From Chlamydiota bacterium (lineage in GTDB: Bacteria > Auribacterota > JACPWU01), in the NCBI GenBank assembly GCA_016196885.1, contig JACPWU010000021.1:1-32000 (forward strand): DNA of 32,000 nucleotides, read 5' to 3'. How positions within the stretch are numbered: the first letter of the stretch is position 1; each line of letters opens with the position of its first letter. Made by a program: the position numbers and the translations under genes. Shown one piece after another: positions 24,096 through 31,966 of the stretch. The notes under the pieces are model-generated. The model saw nothing but the letters and a program-made list of their open reading frames with translations. It did not search any database and was not told the DNA's origin.

Positions 24096-24182
24096 TTACT
24101 TCTTATGACGATCCCTTCGACTTCTTTTCTTTCTTTTGTGCTTATTCATCTTTGCTTTTCTTTTCTTGCGACCGCAAGGCAT
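24096..24182 (-). CDS. 28-aa highly basic protein, bS22-like (AURKAIP1/COX24-type small ribosomal protein)
   Basis: This ORF is not in the ORF track because it is under 60 aa. Manual translation gives MPCGRKKRKAKMNKHKRKKRSRRDRHKK*. AAGGAG lies 6 nt upstream of the ATG and a terminator follows. The pattern K-M-x-x-HKRKKR-x-R-x-x-RHKK matches my recollection of bacterial bS22 sequences. Confidence 0.55.
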   Translation of the reverse strand: MPCGRKKRKAKMNKHKRKKRSRRDRHKK

Positions 24183-24200
24183 GATTTTCTCCTTTTTAAG

Positions 24201-24278
24201 CTTTTGAACTTTGTATTGAATAAGATCCTTCGCTCTCACTCAGGATGACACCCCGTGTCCCCCTTGAACCTTCCTTTG
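24201..24278. repeat. Direct repeat copy a (about 78 nt), immediately 3' of hisG
   Basis: Reads cttttgaactttgtattgaataagatccttcgctctcactcaggatgacaccccgtgtcccccttgaaccttcctttgg. It aligns end to end with 25162-25239, with roughly a dozen differences. Confidence 0.85.
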
Positions 24279-24279
24279 G

Positions 24280-25149
24280 TTAATATATCACCTTGTTCAG
24301 CGGATATTCAATAATTCCTTCAGCCCCTTGAGACTTTAACTTTGGAATCAGTTCGCGAACGATCTTTTCATCCACAATGGTTTCAACGGCTACCCATCCC
24401 TCTTGATTCAATTTGGAAATCGTCGGTTGACGAAGAGCGGGTAAAAGCGCCACCACCGCCTGCAGTTGATGATCGGGAACATTCATTTTCACACCGACTT
24501 TTTCCTCCGCCATCAAAGCCCCTTTTAAAAGAAGGGCCAGATTTTCAATTTTCTTCTTTTTCCAAGAATCTTCCCAAGCCTTTTTATTGGCGATCACGCG
24601 AGTCGTGGATTCCAAAACCGTTTCAATGATGCGCAGATGATTGGCCCTGAGGCTCGATCCTGTTTCTGTGATTTCACAAATGGCATCCACCAATTCTGGG
24701 ACCTTAATTTCTGTGGCCCCCCATGAAAATTCCACCTCTGCCTTGACACCCCGTTTCTTGAGAAAGGCCTTTGTAAGATTGACACCTTCTGTGGCTATTC
24801 TTTTCCCCTCCAAATCTTCCACCTTCTGAAATTTAGAATCATTGTGAACCGCGATCACCCACCTGACAGGGCGCAAACCTTGTTTGGCATAAATCAAATC
24901 GCAAACCTCATGCACATCCGAACCATTCTCGACAATCCAGTCCTTGCCCGTGAGTCCCAAATCTAAAACGCCGGACTCTACGTAGCGAGACATCTCCTGA
25001 GCCCGAATTAAAATGGCCTCTATTTCATTGTCATTCACGGAAGGCTTGTAAGACCGCTCCCCCACACGAATGTCGTAGCCCGCCTTTTTAAAAAGGGTGA
25101 ACGTGGATTCTTGGAGGCTTCCCTTGGGTAAACCTAACCTCAGCTTCAT
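24280..25149 (-). CDS. hisG: ATP phosphoribosyltransferase (long form)
   Basis: 289 aa beginning [14 protein letters not shown]. The C-terminal regulatory domain is present, indicating the long form. GAGGGAG lies upstream. Confidence 0.9.
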   Translation of the reverse strand: MKLRLGLPKGSLQESTFTLFKKAGYDIRVGERSYKPSVNDNEIEAILIRAQEMSRYVESGVLDLGLTGKDWIVENGSDVHEVCDLIYAKQGLRPVRWVIAVHNDSKFQKVEDLEGKRIATEGVNLTKAFLKKRGVKAEVEFSWGATEIKVPELVDAICEITETGSSLRANHLRIIETVLESTTRVIANKKAWEDSWKKKKIENLALLLKGALMAEEKVGVKMNVPDHQLQAVVALLPALRQPTISKLNQEGWVAVETIVDEKIVRELIPKLKSQGAEGIIEYPLNKVIY

Positions 25150-25161
25150 TCCCGTCTCCCT

Positions 25162-25239
25162 CTTTTGAACCTTTATTGAATGAGATCCTTCGCTTCACCC
25201 AGGATGACACCTCGTGTCACCTTTAAACTTTCTTTTAGG
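25162..25239. repeat. Direct repeat copy b (about 78 nt), immediately 5' of hisG
   Basis: Reads cttttgaacctttattgaatgagatccttcgcttcacccaggatgacacctcgtgtcacctttaaactttcttttagg, in the same orientation as copy a. Confidence 0.85.
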
Positions 25240-25367
25240 CATATGCACTTGATTCCCCTCAGATAGAAAGAATTTGTAGTCGCCCCATTTATGGGGCAGC
25301 CTTGTGCCCCTTGCATGGATTGCCCGATGAATCGGGCGACTACTAGGGGAATCAAGTGCATATGCCT
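25237..25367. repeat. Perfect 23-bp palindrome enclosing REP/MITE-like element copy 2 (25270-25343)
   Basis: Outer arms aggcatatgcacttgattcccct (25237-25259) and aggggaatcaagtgcatatgcct (25345-25367) are exact reverse complements. Between them lies the inverted homolog of the 18028-18136 element. Confidence 0.88.
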
Positions 25368-26062
25368 ACTTTCTTTTTATAAAAATCACAACAGGCGCGA
25401 ATCACACACCTGGGGCATCTGGGGTTTTTAACCTTGCAGGTGACTCGGCCATGTTTCATCAATTGAGAATGCAAACTCAATACCAAATATCGTGGCGCAA
25501 CACAATGAATAACTTCTTGAACCGCTTCCAAAGGGGCATGATTCCACACCCATCCCAACCTTTTTGAAACCCGCTCTACATGAGTATCTATGGGCATGAC
25601 AGGCCGATTCAGGGAATACAAAAGAACATGGCTGGCCGTTTTCACCCCAATCCCTTTTAGAGAAAGAAGATATTTTAAAGCCTGGGCTTCCTCCATTTCT
25701 CTCAAGAAATCCAGTGACAACTCTTTTCGGTCCCGATAAATACGTCCTAAAATTCTTCTGATTCTTAAAGCCTTGGTGTGATTCAAACCGCCTTTTTGAA
25801 TGGCCGAAGAAATTTCTCCCACGGGAGCTGCCATCAAACCTTCCCAATTCCTGAATTTCTTTTTCAGCCTTTCAAAAGCCTCTTGGGAGTGAAGAGGTGT
25901 GGTGTTCTGCGCAAGAATGGTGAACACCAGTTCGTCAAGAGGACCTTTTTTTCCGTCCCGAACCAGACGTCCATGCTTTTCTTGCAGCAAATCATGGACT
26001 TTCATCACATTCATTCGAATGCGCTTTTGATCCTCTGGGGTCAGTTCTAAATTCATAAGCAC
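25352..26062 (-). CDS. Endonuclease III-like HhH-GPD base-excision repair protein with a 4Fe-4S cluster
   Basis: Has the HhH-GPD fold motifs LDELVFTILAQNT and LKGIGVKTASHVLL. The C-terminal C-x6-C-x2-C-x5-C (CKVKNPRCPRCVIRACC) indicates an Fe-S cluster. The start may be GTG 26062 or ATG 26056. Confidence 0.8.
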   Translation of the reverse strand: MLMNLELTPEDQKRIRMNVMKVHDLLQEKHGRLVRDGKKGPLDELVFTILAQNTTPLHSQEAFERLKKKFRNWEGLMAAPVGEISSAIQKGGLNHTKALRIRRILGRIYRDRKELSLDFLREMEEAQALKYLLSLKGIGVKTASHVLLYSLNRPVMPIDTHVERVSKRLGWVWNHAPLEAVQEVIHCVAPRYLVLSLHSQLMKHGRVTCKVKNPRCPRCVIRACCDFYKKKVGICT

Positions 26063-26070
26063 CTGAAAAT

Positions 26071-26107
26071 ACAGTCGACAGTCGATAGACCGTGGACTAT
26101 GGACTGT
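26071..26107. repeat. Compact periodic hairpin E2, same word family as hairpin E; supplies the last purN codons
   Basis: Reads acagtcg/acagtcg/atagacc/gtggact/atggact/gt. The 18-mer ccgtggactatggactgt matches 9743-9760 (ccatggactatggactgt) at 17 of 18 positions. Confidence 0.85.
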
Positions 26108-26711
26108 TTTTTATAACCACCCTTCTCCCCTTAACCAAAATCCTTCCCTCTGCAATCAATTTCAGGGCCTCTGGATATAGACGATGTTCCGCCTTTTGAA
26201 GGCGCGCATGCAACGTCTCTGGCGTGTCTTCATCCAACACCTTCACGGCCTCCTGAAGGACAATAGGCCCCGTGTCCAATCCCTCATCCACAAAATGAAC
26301 CGTGCAGCCTGTGATCTTCGCTCCTGCCTCCAAGGCCTGCCGCCAAGCGTCAAGGCCCCGAAAAGCTGGGAGGAGCGATGGATGAATGTTGAGAATTTTA
26401 CCTTTATAGGCCCTGAAGAAATCACCTTTTAAAACCCGCATGTAACCTGCCAGCACCACCCATTCGACCCCATGATTTTGAAGGGCGTGAATGTAATCAG
26501 CCTCTATAGAAGGCTCTAAATAAGTTTTAAATTTTCCGGGAGGAAGATAAAGATAAGGAATTTTATGAATTCTCGCCTTCTCTAAAATGGGGGCTTTTTC
26601 AACATCGGAAATGACAAGTACGATTTGGGCCTGGAGTTCTCCCTTTTGAATGGCCTCAAAAAGAGCCTCGAAATTCGTCCCTCGTCCCGAACCTAAAATG
26701 CCAATCTTCAA
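26097..26711 (-). CDS. purN: Phosphoribosylglycinamide formyltransferase
   Basis: 204 aa with motifs IGILGSGRGTNFEAL and NIHPSLLPAFRG. The start codon is TTG, with AAGGTGGG upstream. Confidence 0.92.
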   Translation of the reverse strand: MKIGILGSGRGTNFEALFEAIQKGELQAQIVLVISDVEKAPILEKARIHKIPYLYLPPGKFKTYLEPSIEADYIHALQNHGVEWVVLAGYMRVLKGDFFRAYKGKILNIHPSLLPAFRGLDAWRQALEAGAKITGCTVHFVDEGLDTGPIVLQEAVKVLDEDTPETLHARLQKAEHRLYPEALKLIAEGRILVKGRRVVIKNSP

Positions 26712-26798
26712 GAAGACCCACCTTTTCTGCTTGTTTTCTCATCAAAACACCTGTAAGAATTTAAAGAAATGCCCGTTTGAAGTCAAGGGAGGAGAAAT

Positions 26799-26896
26799 CT
26801 CAAATCCAAATATCAAAAATCAAAGATCAAAATTAAGGAAGAATTCAATTTAATGGACTCCTTAATTTTGGATTTTGAATTTTGGACTTTGATTTT
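26799..26896. repeat. Periodic-arm hairpin N in the divergent purN / response-regulator spacer
   Basis: Left arm reads ctcaaatc/caaatatc/aaaaatc/aaagatc/aaaatta/agga. Right arm reads tccttaa/ttttgga/ttttgaa/ttttgga/ctttgat/ttt. Confidence 0.85.
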
Positions 26897-26905
26897 AAGG
26901 TAACC

Positions 26906-28336
26906 ATGGCCTATAAAATTTTAATCGTAGATGATGACGAAGCCATTCGCTATTCGGTTTCCCGCATGCTTTCAGAAGAAGGCTATGAAATCCTTTCTGC
27001 CTCCTCCACAAAAGAAGCGATGGATGTCACCTCTAGGGAATCACCCGACACCGTTCTCATGGACATTCGCATGGGAACGAGCTCGGGCCTTGAAACCCTT
27101 CGCGAACTTAAAAAAATAGATGAGAAACTGCCTGTGATTCTGATGACCGCCTTTGGAACCACACAAACAGCCATCGAGGCCATGAAGCGCGGGGCCTTTG
27201 ATTATGTTCTTAAACCTTTCGAACCTTCGGAATTAAAAGAACTCATTCAAAAAGCCGTCCATGCCCGTATTTCCATGCATCAAAAAGTGAATTTTGAACC
27301 CGGGACAGCCATCAACCTCGAGCAGGACCTCATTGTAGGATCCTCTAAAAAGATGCAAGAGGTTTATAAAATGATCGGGCAAGTAGCCCCCAAAGATGTT
27401 TCTCTCTTGATTCGGGGTGAAAGTGGGACGGGTAAAGAATTAGTAGCCCGAGCCGTTTACCATCATAGCGCACGACGAGATAAACCCTTTTTACCTGTAA
27501 ACTGCGCCGCTATTCCGGAAGCCCTTTTGGAAAGCGAACTTTTCGGACATGAGAAAGGGGCCTTCACGGGAGCTTCTTCCCAACGCATTGGGAAATTCGA
27601 ACAATGTCATGAGGGAACGATTTTCTTGGATGAAATTGGGGACATGGCTCCGTCTACACAAGCAAAATTTTTACGTGTTCTTCAAGAAAAAGAATTTCAA
27701 AGAATCGGAGGAACCCAAACGCTGCGTGTGAACGTTCGTGTCATCGCTGCAACCAATAAAAATCTTGAAGAGGAAATGAAAAAAGGTCATTTTAGAGAAG
27801 ACCTGTTTTACCGCCTGAACACGATCACGATTTGGCTTCCCCCCTTGCGCGAGAAAAAAGAAGACATCCCAGAATTATGTCTCTACTTTCTAAAAAGATT
27901 TTCCCTGGAATTCAACAAGAATATTCTCGGATTTCATCCCGCGGGTCTTAAGGCCCTGACCCATTATTCCTGGCCGGGGAATATTCGAGAATTGGAGAAC
28001 ACGATCAAAAGGATGGTGATCACCACCAAGGGCAATTTAATATTGCCAGAAGACATTCAAATGCCTGAAGGGGAAAAAGAAAAGGGTCCAGGGTCCAGGA
28101 TCCAAGGGAACATTCCCCAGATTGCTCAAACCATCTTTGATCTGATTCTAGAAGCCCAGGGACGCAATGAACAAGGTGAGATCATGGACCATGTCGAAAA
28201 AGAGCTGATCAAATTAGCTTTGGAAGAAACGCAAGGCAACCAACTTAAGGCTGCTCAAATCTTGGGGATGAATCGCTCAACTTTGCGAAAAAAAATTGAA
28301 ACCTACAAAATCGTCAAAGGAGTGGTGGTGGAATAA
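26906..28336 (+). CDS. Sigma-54-dependent response regulator (NtrC family)
   Basis: Has a receiver domain (ILIVDDDEAIRY ... MDIRM). The AAA+ domain carries Walker A GESGTGKE and the sigma-54 contact loop EKGAFTGA. A C-terminal Fis-type HTH (AAQILGMNRSTLRKKI) is present. The start is trimmed to ATG 26906, because the ORF-track TTG at 26882 lies in hairpin N. Confidence 0.88.
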   Translation: MAYKILIVDDDEAIRYSVSRMLSEEGYEILSASSTKEAMDVTSRESPDTVLMDIRMGTSSGLETLRELKKIDEKLPVILMTAFGTTQTAIEAMKRGAFDYVLKPFEPSELKELIQKAVHARISMHQKVNFEPGTAINLEQDLIVGSSKKMQEVYKMIGQVAPKDVSLLIRGESGTGKELVARAVYHHSARRDKPFLPVNCAAIPEALLESELFGHEKGAFTGASSQRIGKFEQCHEGTIFLDEIGDMAPSTQAKFLRVLQEKEFQRIGGTQTLRVNVRVIAATNKNLEEEMKKGHFREDLFYRLNTITIWLPPLREKKEDIPELCLYFLKRFSLEFNKNILGFHPAGLKALTHYSWPGNIRELENTIKRMVITTKGNLILPEDIQMPEGEKEKGPGSRIQGNIPQIAQTIFDLILEAQGRNEQGEIMDHVEKELIKLALEETQGNQLKAAQILGMNRSTLRKKIETYKIVKGVVVE

Positions 28337-28354
28337 AATCGACAGAATTTTATT

Positions 28355-31036
28355 ATGAAAATCAATCTCGAAAAAATCCTGAGTCATGCCCAAGCTGAAC
28401 TCCGCGTCCTTCCTCAGGGAGGAGATCAAGATTGGACTCGCCTCTTCAAAAAATTTCTTCACGTTGAGAACCATCGCCTTCTCATGGCCCATCGGTATGG
28501 AGCAGAAGGCCTCACCCTCATTCAAAACCGAAGCCATCTCATGGATATTTTGGTGAGGCATATTTTTGAATTGGCGCAAAGAGAGTACGCGATTCAACAC
28601 GAGAGACCCCCCGTCAAAATGGCCCTGATTGCCCTGGGAGGCTACGGACGCCAAACCCTCAATCCCTGCTCGGACATTGACATTCTTTTTTTGGCGAAAC
28701 AATCCTTGCAAACGCCCGAGGATCAAATTCTAAAACGCATTCTTTATCTTCTCTGGGACATTGGGCTCAAAGTGGGACAAGCGGTGAGAACCATTCCTCA
28801 AACAATCGAAGAGGGAAATCGCGATTTTAAATCTCGGACCGCGATGATGGAGGCCCGTTTCATCACGGGAGATGAATCCCTTTTTGAAGAATTTCAAAAG
28901 CTCTTTTCCAAAAAATGTTCATCCCTTCGCATCGCAGATTATGTAGCCTTTAAACTTGAAGAGATCAAGACGCGCCATCAGAAATATCAGGGAACCGTTT
29001 ATTTGCAAGAACCCCACGTGAAAGAAGGCGTGGGGGGCTTAAGAGACATCGCCTCGATTCTTTGGCTTTATCAAGCCCTGAAGGGGTACCGAAGCTTTGA
29101 AGAACTTTTGGAACATCGCCTTATTTCAGAAAAAGAATTCAAGATCATCCAGAAATCCCTCAACTTTCTTCACCGCGTTCGAAATGAACTTCATTTTCTT
29201 TCTGGAAAATGTTTCGACATTCTTTCCGTTCCCCTGCAGCCTAAGGTCGCGAGAAATCTAGGCTACCGTGACACACCGATTCTCAAAATGTCTGAATCCT
29301 TCATGAAGGATTATTACCTTCATGTTCGAAACATCCATCAAATCACGCAAATGTTCCTTTCCCGAGACGAGATTCAAACCCAGCTCAAAATCCCTTTCCC
29401 CCAAAAATTCGTTCAGCGCCATGGGTTCTCATTCACCGCGGAAGAAATTTTTCCGGGAGAAAATCCAAATCTTTTCAGAGAAAATCCAGCCAAACTCTTC
29501 GAAGTCTTTCTCTACTGTGCCCAAGGCAATGACTCCCTCAGTCAAAGCTTAATTCAGCAAATTCGAGAGCATCTCTTTTTGGTGAATAAAAAAATACAAA
29601 GCTCTTCAGAAATATTGAATCACTTTGTTTCCCTCATGAGCTATGAAAGCCCCATTTCCAAAGCCCTTCGGGCCATGCATGATACAGGATTGCTTGGAAA
29701 GTATATTCCAGAATTCGGGAAGGCCACTTGTTTTGTTCAGCATGATTTCTATCATAAATACACCCTCGACGAACACACCTTGAAAGTGATCGAGTTTCTG
29801 GACGAACTTAAAACCACACAAGATCCCCGACAGCAAGGATTCTCGAAATTATTTAAGGAAATTCAAGAGCGGGACGTGCTTTTCCTCTCGGCCCTTTTTC
29901 ATGACATTGCCAAAACCCAAGGTCATAACCATGCTGTGAATGGGGCTAAAATGGTGCAAGTGATTTTCGAGAGAATGCCTTACGACCCTATGAAGGCCGA
30001 GCGCGTGCGGCTCCTGGTCGAGCAACATCTGGTCATGTCTCATCTGTCGCAAAGAAGAGATCTCTCGGAAGAAAAAGTGATCATTGATTTTTCACAAAAG
30101 GTGGTGGATGTAGAAAATCTAAAAATGCTTCAGCTCTTGACTTTTGCGGACTGGCGGGCGACCAGCGAAGACGTTTGGACTGAATGGCGAGAGGCCCTTT
30201 TATGGGAGCTTTTTTATAAAACCAAGCGCTACCTGGAAGAAAAGGTGATTTTGCTCCCCTCAGAGATAGATGCCATGAAGGAATCGCACCTCGAGATTCT
30301 CACCCAAAAGGGCTTCTCTCGAGAGACCCTTATAAACCATCTGGAAACGCTGCCCGTCCATTATCTTCAGGCGTATCGTTCTGAAACCATCGCCGAACAT
30401 ATCAAGATGATTGAAGCACTTCAAAATCAAGACCCCCAAATCCATTGGGACTATCATGAAAAAACCAATGTCACGGACCTGACCATCTGCACGCGAGATC
30501 ATCTGGGACTTTTTTCGGAAATGGCGGGGGTGATTGCAAGCCAAGAAGTGAACATTTTGAGCGCTCATATCTTCACGCGAAAAGATGGTTTCATTCTGGA
30601 TAAATTCTCCCTGGAAAACCGTTACGAAAAGGGCATGCTCGACGAGCGGACACGTCAGAAAGTGGAAGAAGGAATGAGGAAGGTTTTGAAACGCACGGTG
30701 ACGGTGGAAAGCTTTTTAAGGGCCCACACATCTCAAAAAATGACTGCCAAGAAGGCACAAGCCTTGATTAAATTTGACAACGAAACCAGCCTTGCCACCA
30801 CTGTCGTGGAAATTCAAACGGATGATGAAGTGGGATTTCTCTATAAGGTCACGCGAACGTTTTCAAAGCTGGGACTCAACATTCACCTGGCCAAAATTGC
30901 GACGGAAAAAGCTCAAATATTGGATGTCTTTTACATCACCGATTTTGACGGAAAGAAAATTGACCACCCCAAGGTTCAAAAAGCGATTCAAGAAGAGCTT
31001 CAAAAAGCCATCCAAAGCCCGTTGGAAGAGATTTAA
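28355..31036 (+). CDS. glnD: [Protein-PII] uridylyltransferase / uridylyl-removing enzyme
   Basis: 893 aa with the nucleotidyltransferase motif GGYGRQTLNPCSDIDILFL and an HD domain (LFHDIAK). Two C-terminal ACT-like domains are present. Length and architecture match GlnD. Confidence 0.88.
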   Translation: MKINLEKILSHAQAELRVLPQGGDQDWTRLFKKFLHVENHRLLMAHRYGAEGLTLIQNRSHLMDILVRHIFELAQREYAIQHERPPVKMALIALGGYGRQTLNPCSDIDILFLAKQSLQTPEDQILKRILYLLWDIGLKVGQAVRTIPQTIEEGNRDFKSRTAMMEARFITGDESLFEEFQKLFSKKCSSLRIADYVAFKLEEIKTRHQKYQGTVYLQEPHVKEGVGGLRDIASILWLYQALKGYRSFEELLEHRLISEKEFKIIQKSLNFLHRVRNELHFLSGKCFDILSVPLQPKVARNLGYRDTPILKMSESFMKDYYLHVRNIHQITQMFLSRDEIQTQLKIPFPQKFVQRHGFSFTAEEIFPGENPNLFRENPAKLFEVFLYCAQGNDSLSQSLIQQIREHLFLVNKKIQSSSEILNHFVSLMSYESPISKALRAMHDTGLLGKYIPEFGKATCFVQHDFYHKYTLDEHTLKVIEFLDELKTTQDPRQQGFSKLFKEIQERDVLFLSALFHDIAKTQGHNHAVNGAKMVQVIFERMPYDPMKAERVRLLVEQHLVMSHLSQRRDLSEEKVIIDFSQKVVDVENLKMLQLLTFADWRATSEDVWTEWREALLWELFYKTKRYLEEKVILLPSEIDAMKESHLEILTQKGFSRETLINHLETLPVHYLQAYRSETIAEHIKMIEALQNQDPQIHWDYHEKTNVTDLTICTRDHLGLFSEMAGVIASQEVNILSAHIFTRKDGFILDKFSLENRYEKGMLDERTRQKVEEGMRKVLKRTVTVESFLRAHTSQKMTAKKAQALIKFDNETSLATTVVEIQTDDEVGFLYKVTRTFSKLGLNIHLAKIATEKAQILDVFYITDFDGKKIDHPKVQKAIQEELQKAIQSPLEEI

Positions 31037-31192
31037 CCCAGATTTTGCAATAGACGCGAGAACCGCTTATTTTTCATTCCCCTCGTTCACAACATTTTCC
31101 TAAAAAACCATGGCCCAAATAGAGATCAATTGTTATCATTTTCCAAAGCCTAAAGTCTTTTTAGGGATTCTTGAAAAAATTCATGAGACAAC

Positions 31193-31966
31193 ATGAATCA
31201 GAAAAAACCTACTCAAACCCATTGGGATGCCGTCTCCAAATGGTACGACCAGAAAGTCGGGAAAGAGGGCTCTGAGTATCACATGGAGGTTTTGATCCCC
31301 GGTCTTCTTCAAATGCTTCAGCCCCGAAAAGGGGAAAAAATCCTGGATCTGGGTTGCGGACAGGGAGTTCTTTGTCGGACCTTGGCCAAAGAAGGTGTGC
31401 ACATGACCGGCATTGACGCCAGTCCCCTCCTCATTGAAAGTGCCAAACGCTATCCTGAAGGAAAAAATTTGATTCATTATCAAGCGCACGAAGCCCAAAG
31501 TTTGAAAGGGATTCCAGACACCTGTTTTGATGCCGTGGTTTCTCTCTTGGCCATTCAGAATATGAATCCGTTAGAATCCGTCATGAAAGAAGTCACACGT
31601 GTGGTTAAAAAAAGGGGGCATTTGCTCTGGGTTCTCAACCATCCTTGTTTTCGCATCCCGAAGGCATCTCACTGGGGTTTCGATGAAGAGGAAAAAATTC
31701 AGTATCGAAGAGTCGACCGCTATTTAAGCCTGATGAAAGTTCCCATTCAAATGCATCCAGGGGAAAAACCGGATGTCGTGACCTGGTCTTTTCATCGCCC
31801 GCTTTCTTTTTATTTTGAATTGTTTGCCTCATTTGGCTGGGCGGTGACAGGACTTGAAGAATGGACTTCTCATAAGAAGAGTGAGCCGGGACCCCGCGCT
31901 AAAGCTGAAGATCGTGCCCGGTTAGAAATTCCGCTTTTTCTGGCAATCGGGGCAGAGAAAAGTTAA
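31193..31966 (+). CDS. Class I SAM-dependent methyltransferase
   Basis: 257 aa with motif I ILDLGCGQGVL followed by an acidic residue after beta-2 (TGIDAS). The substrate is unknown. Confidence 0.75.
   Translation: MNQKKPTQTHWDAVSKWYDQKVGKEGSEYHMEVLIPGLLQMLQPRKGEKILDLGCGQGVLCRTLAKEGVHMTGIDASPLLIESAKRYPEGKNLIHYQAHEAQSLKGIPDTCFDAVVSLLAIQNMNPLESVMKEVTRVVKKRGHLLWVLNHPCFRIPKASHWGFDEEEKIQYRRVDRYLSLMKVPIQMHPGEKPDVVTWSFHRPLSFYFELFASFGWAVTGLEEWTSHKKSEPGPRAKAEDRARLEIPLFLAIGAEKS

Noticed and set aside
25173-25361. 62-aa minus-strand ORF (…VVARFIGQS…[11 protein letters not shown])
   Set aside because: It is composed entirely of the REP-like element, the 23-bp palindrome arm and direct-repeat copy b. 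This is the typical repeat-derived pseudo-ORF.
28277-28726. 149-aa minus-strand ORF overlapping the glnD 5' end
   Set aside because: It is antisense to glnD, whose N-terminal region is homologous to GlnD throughout. It has no motifs.
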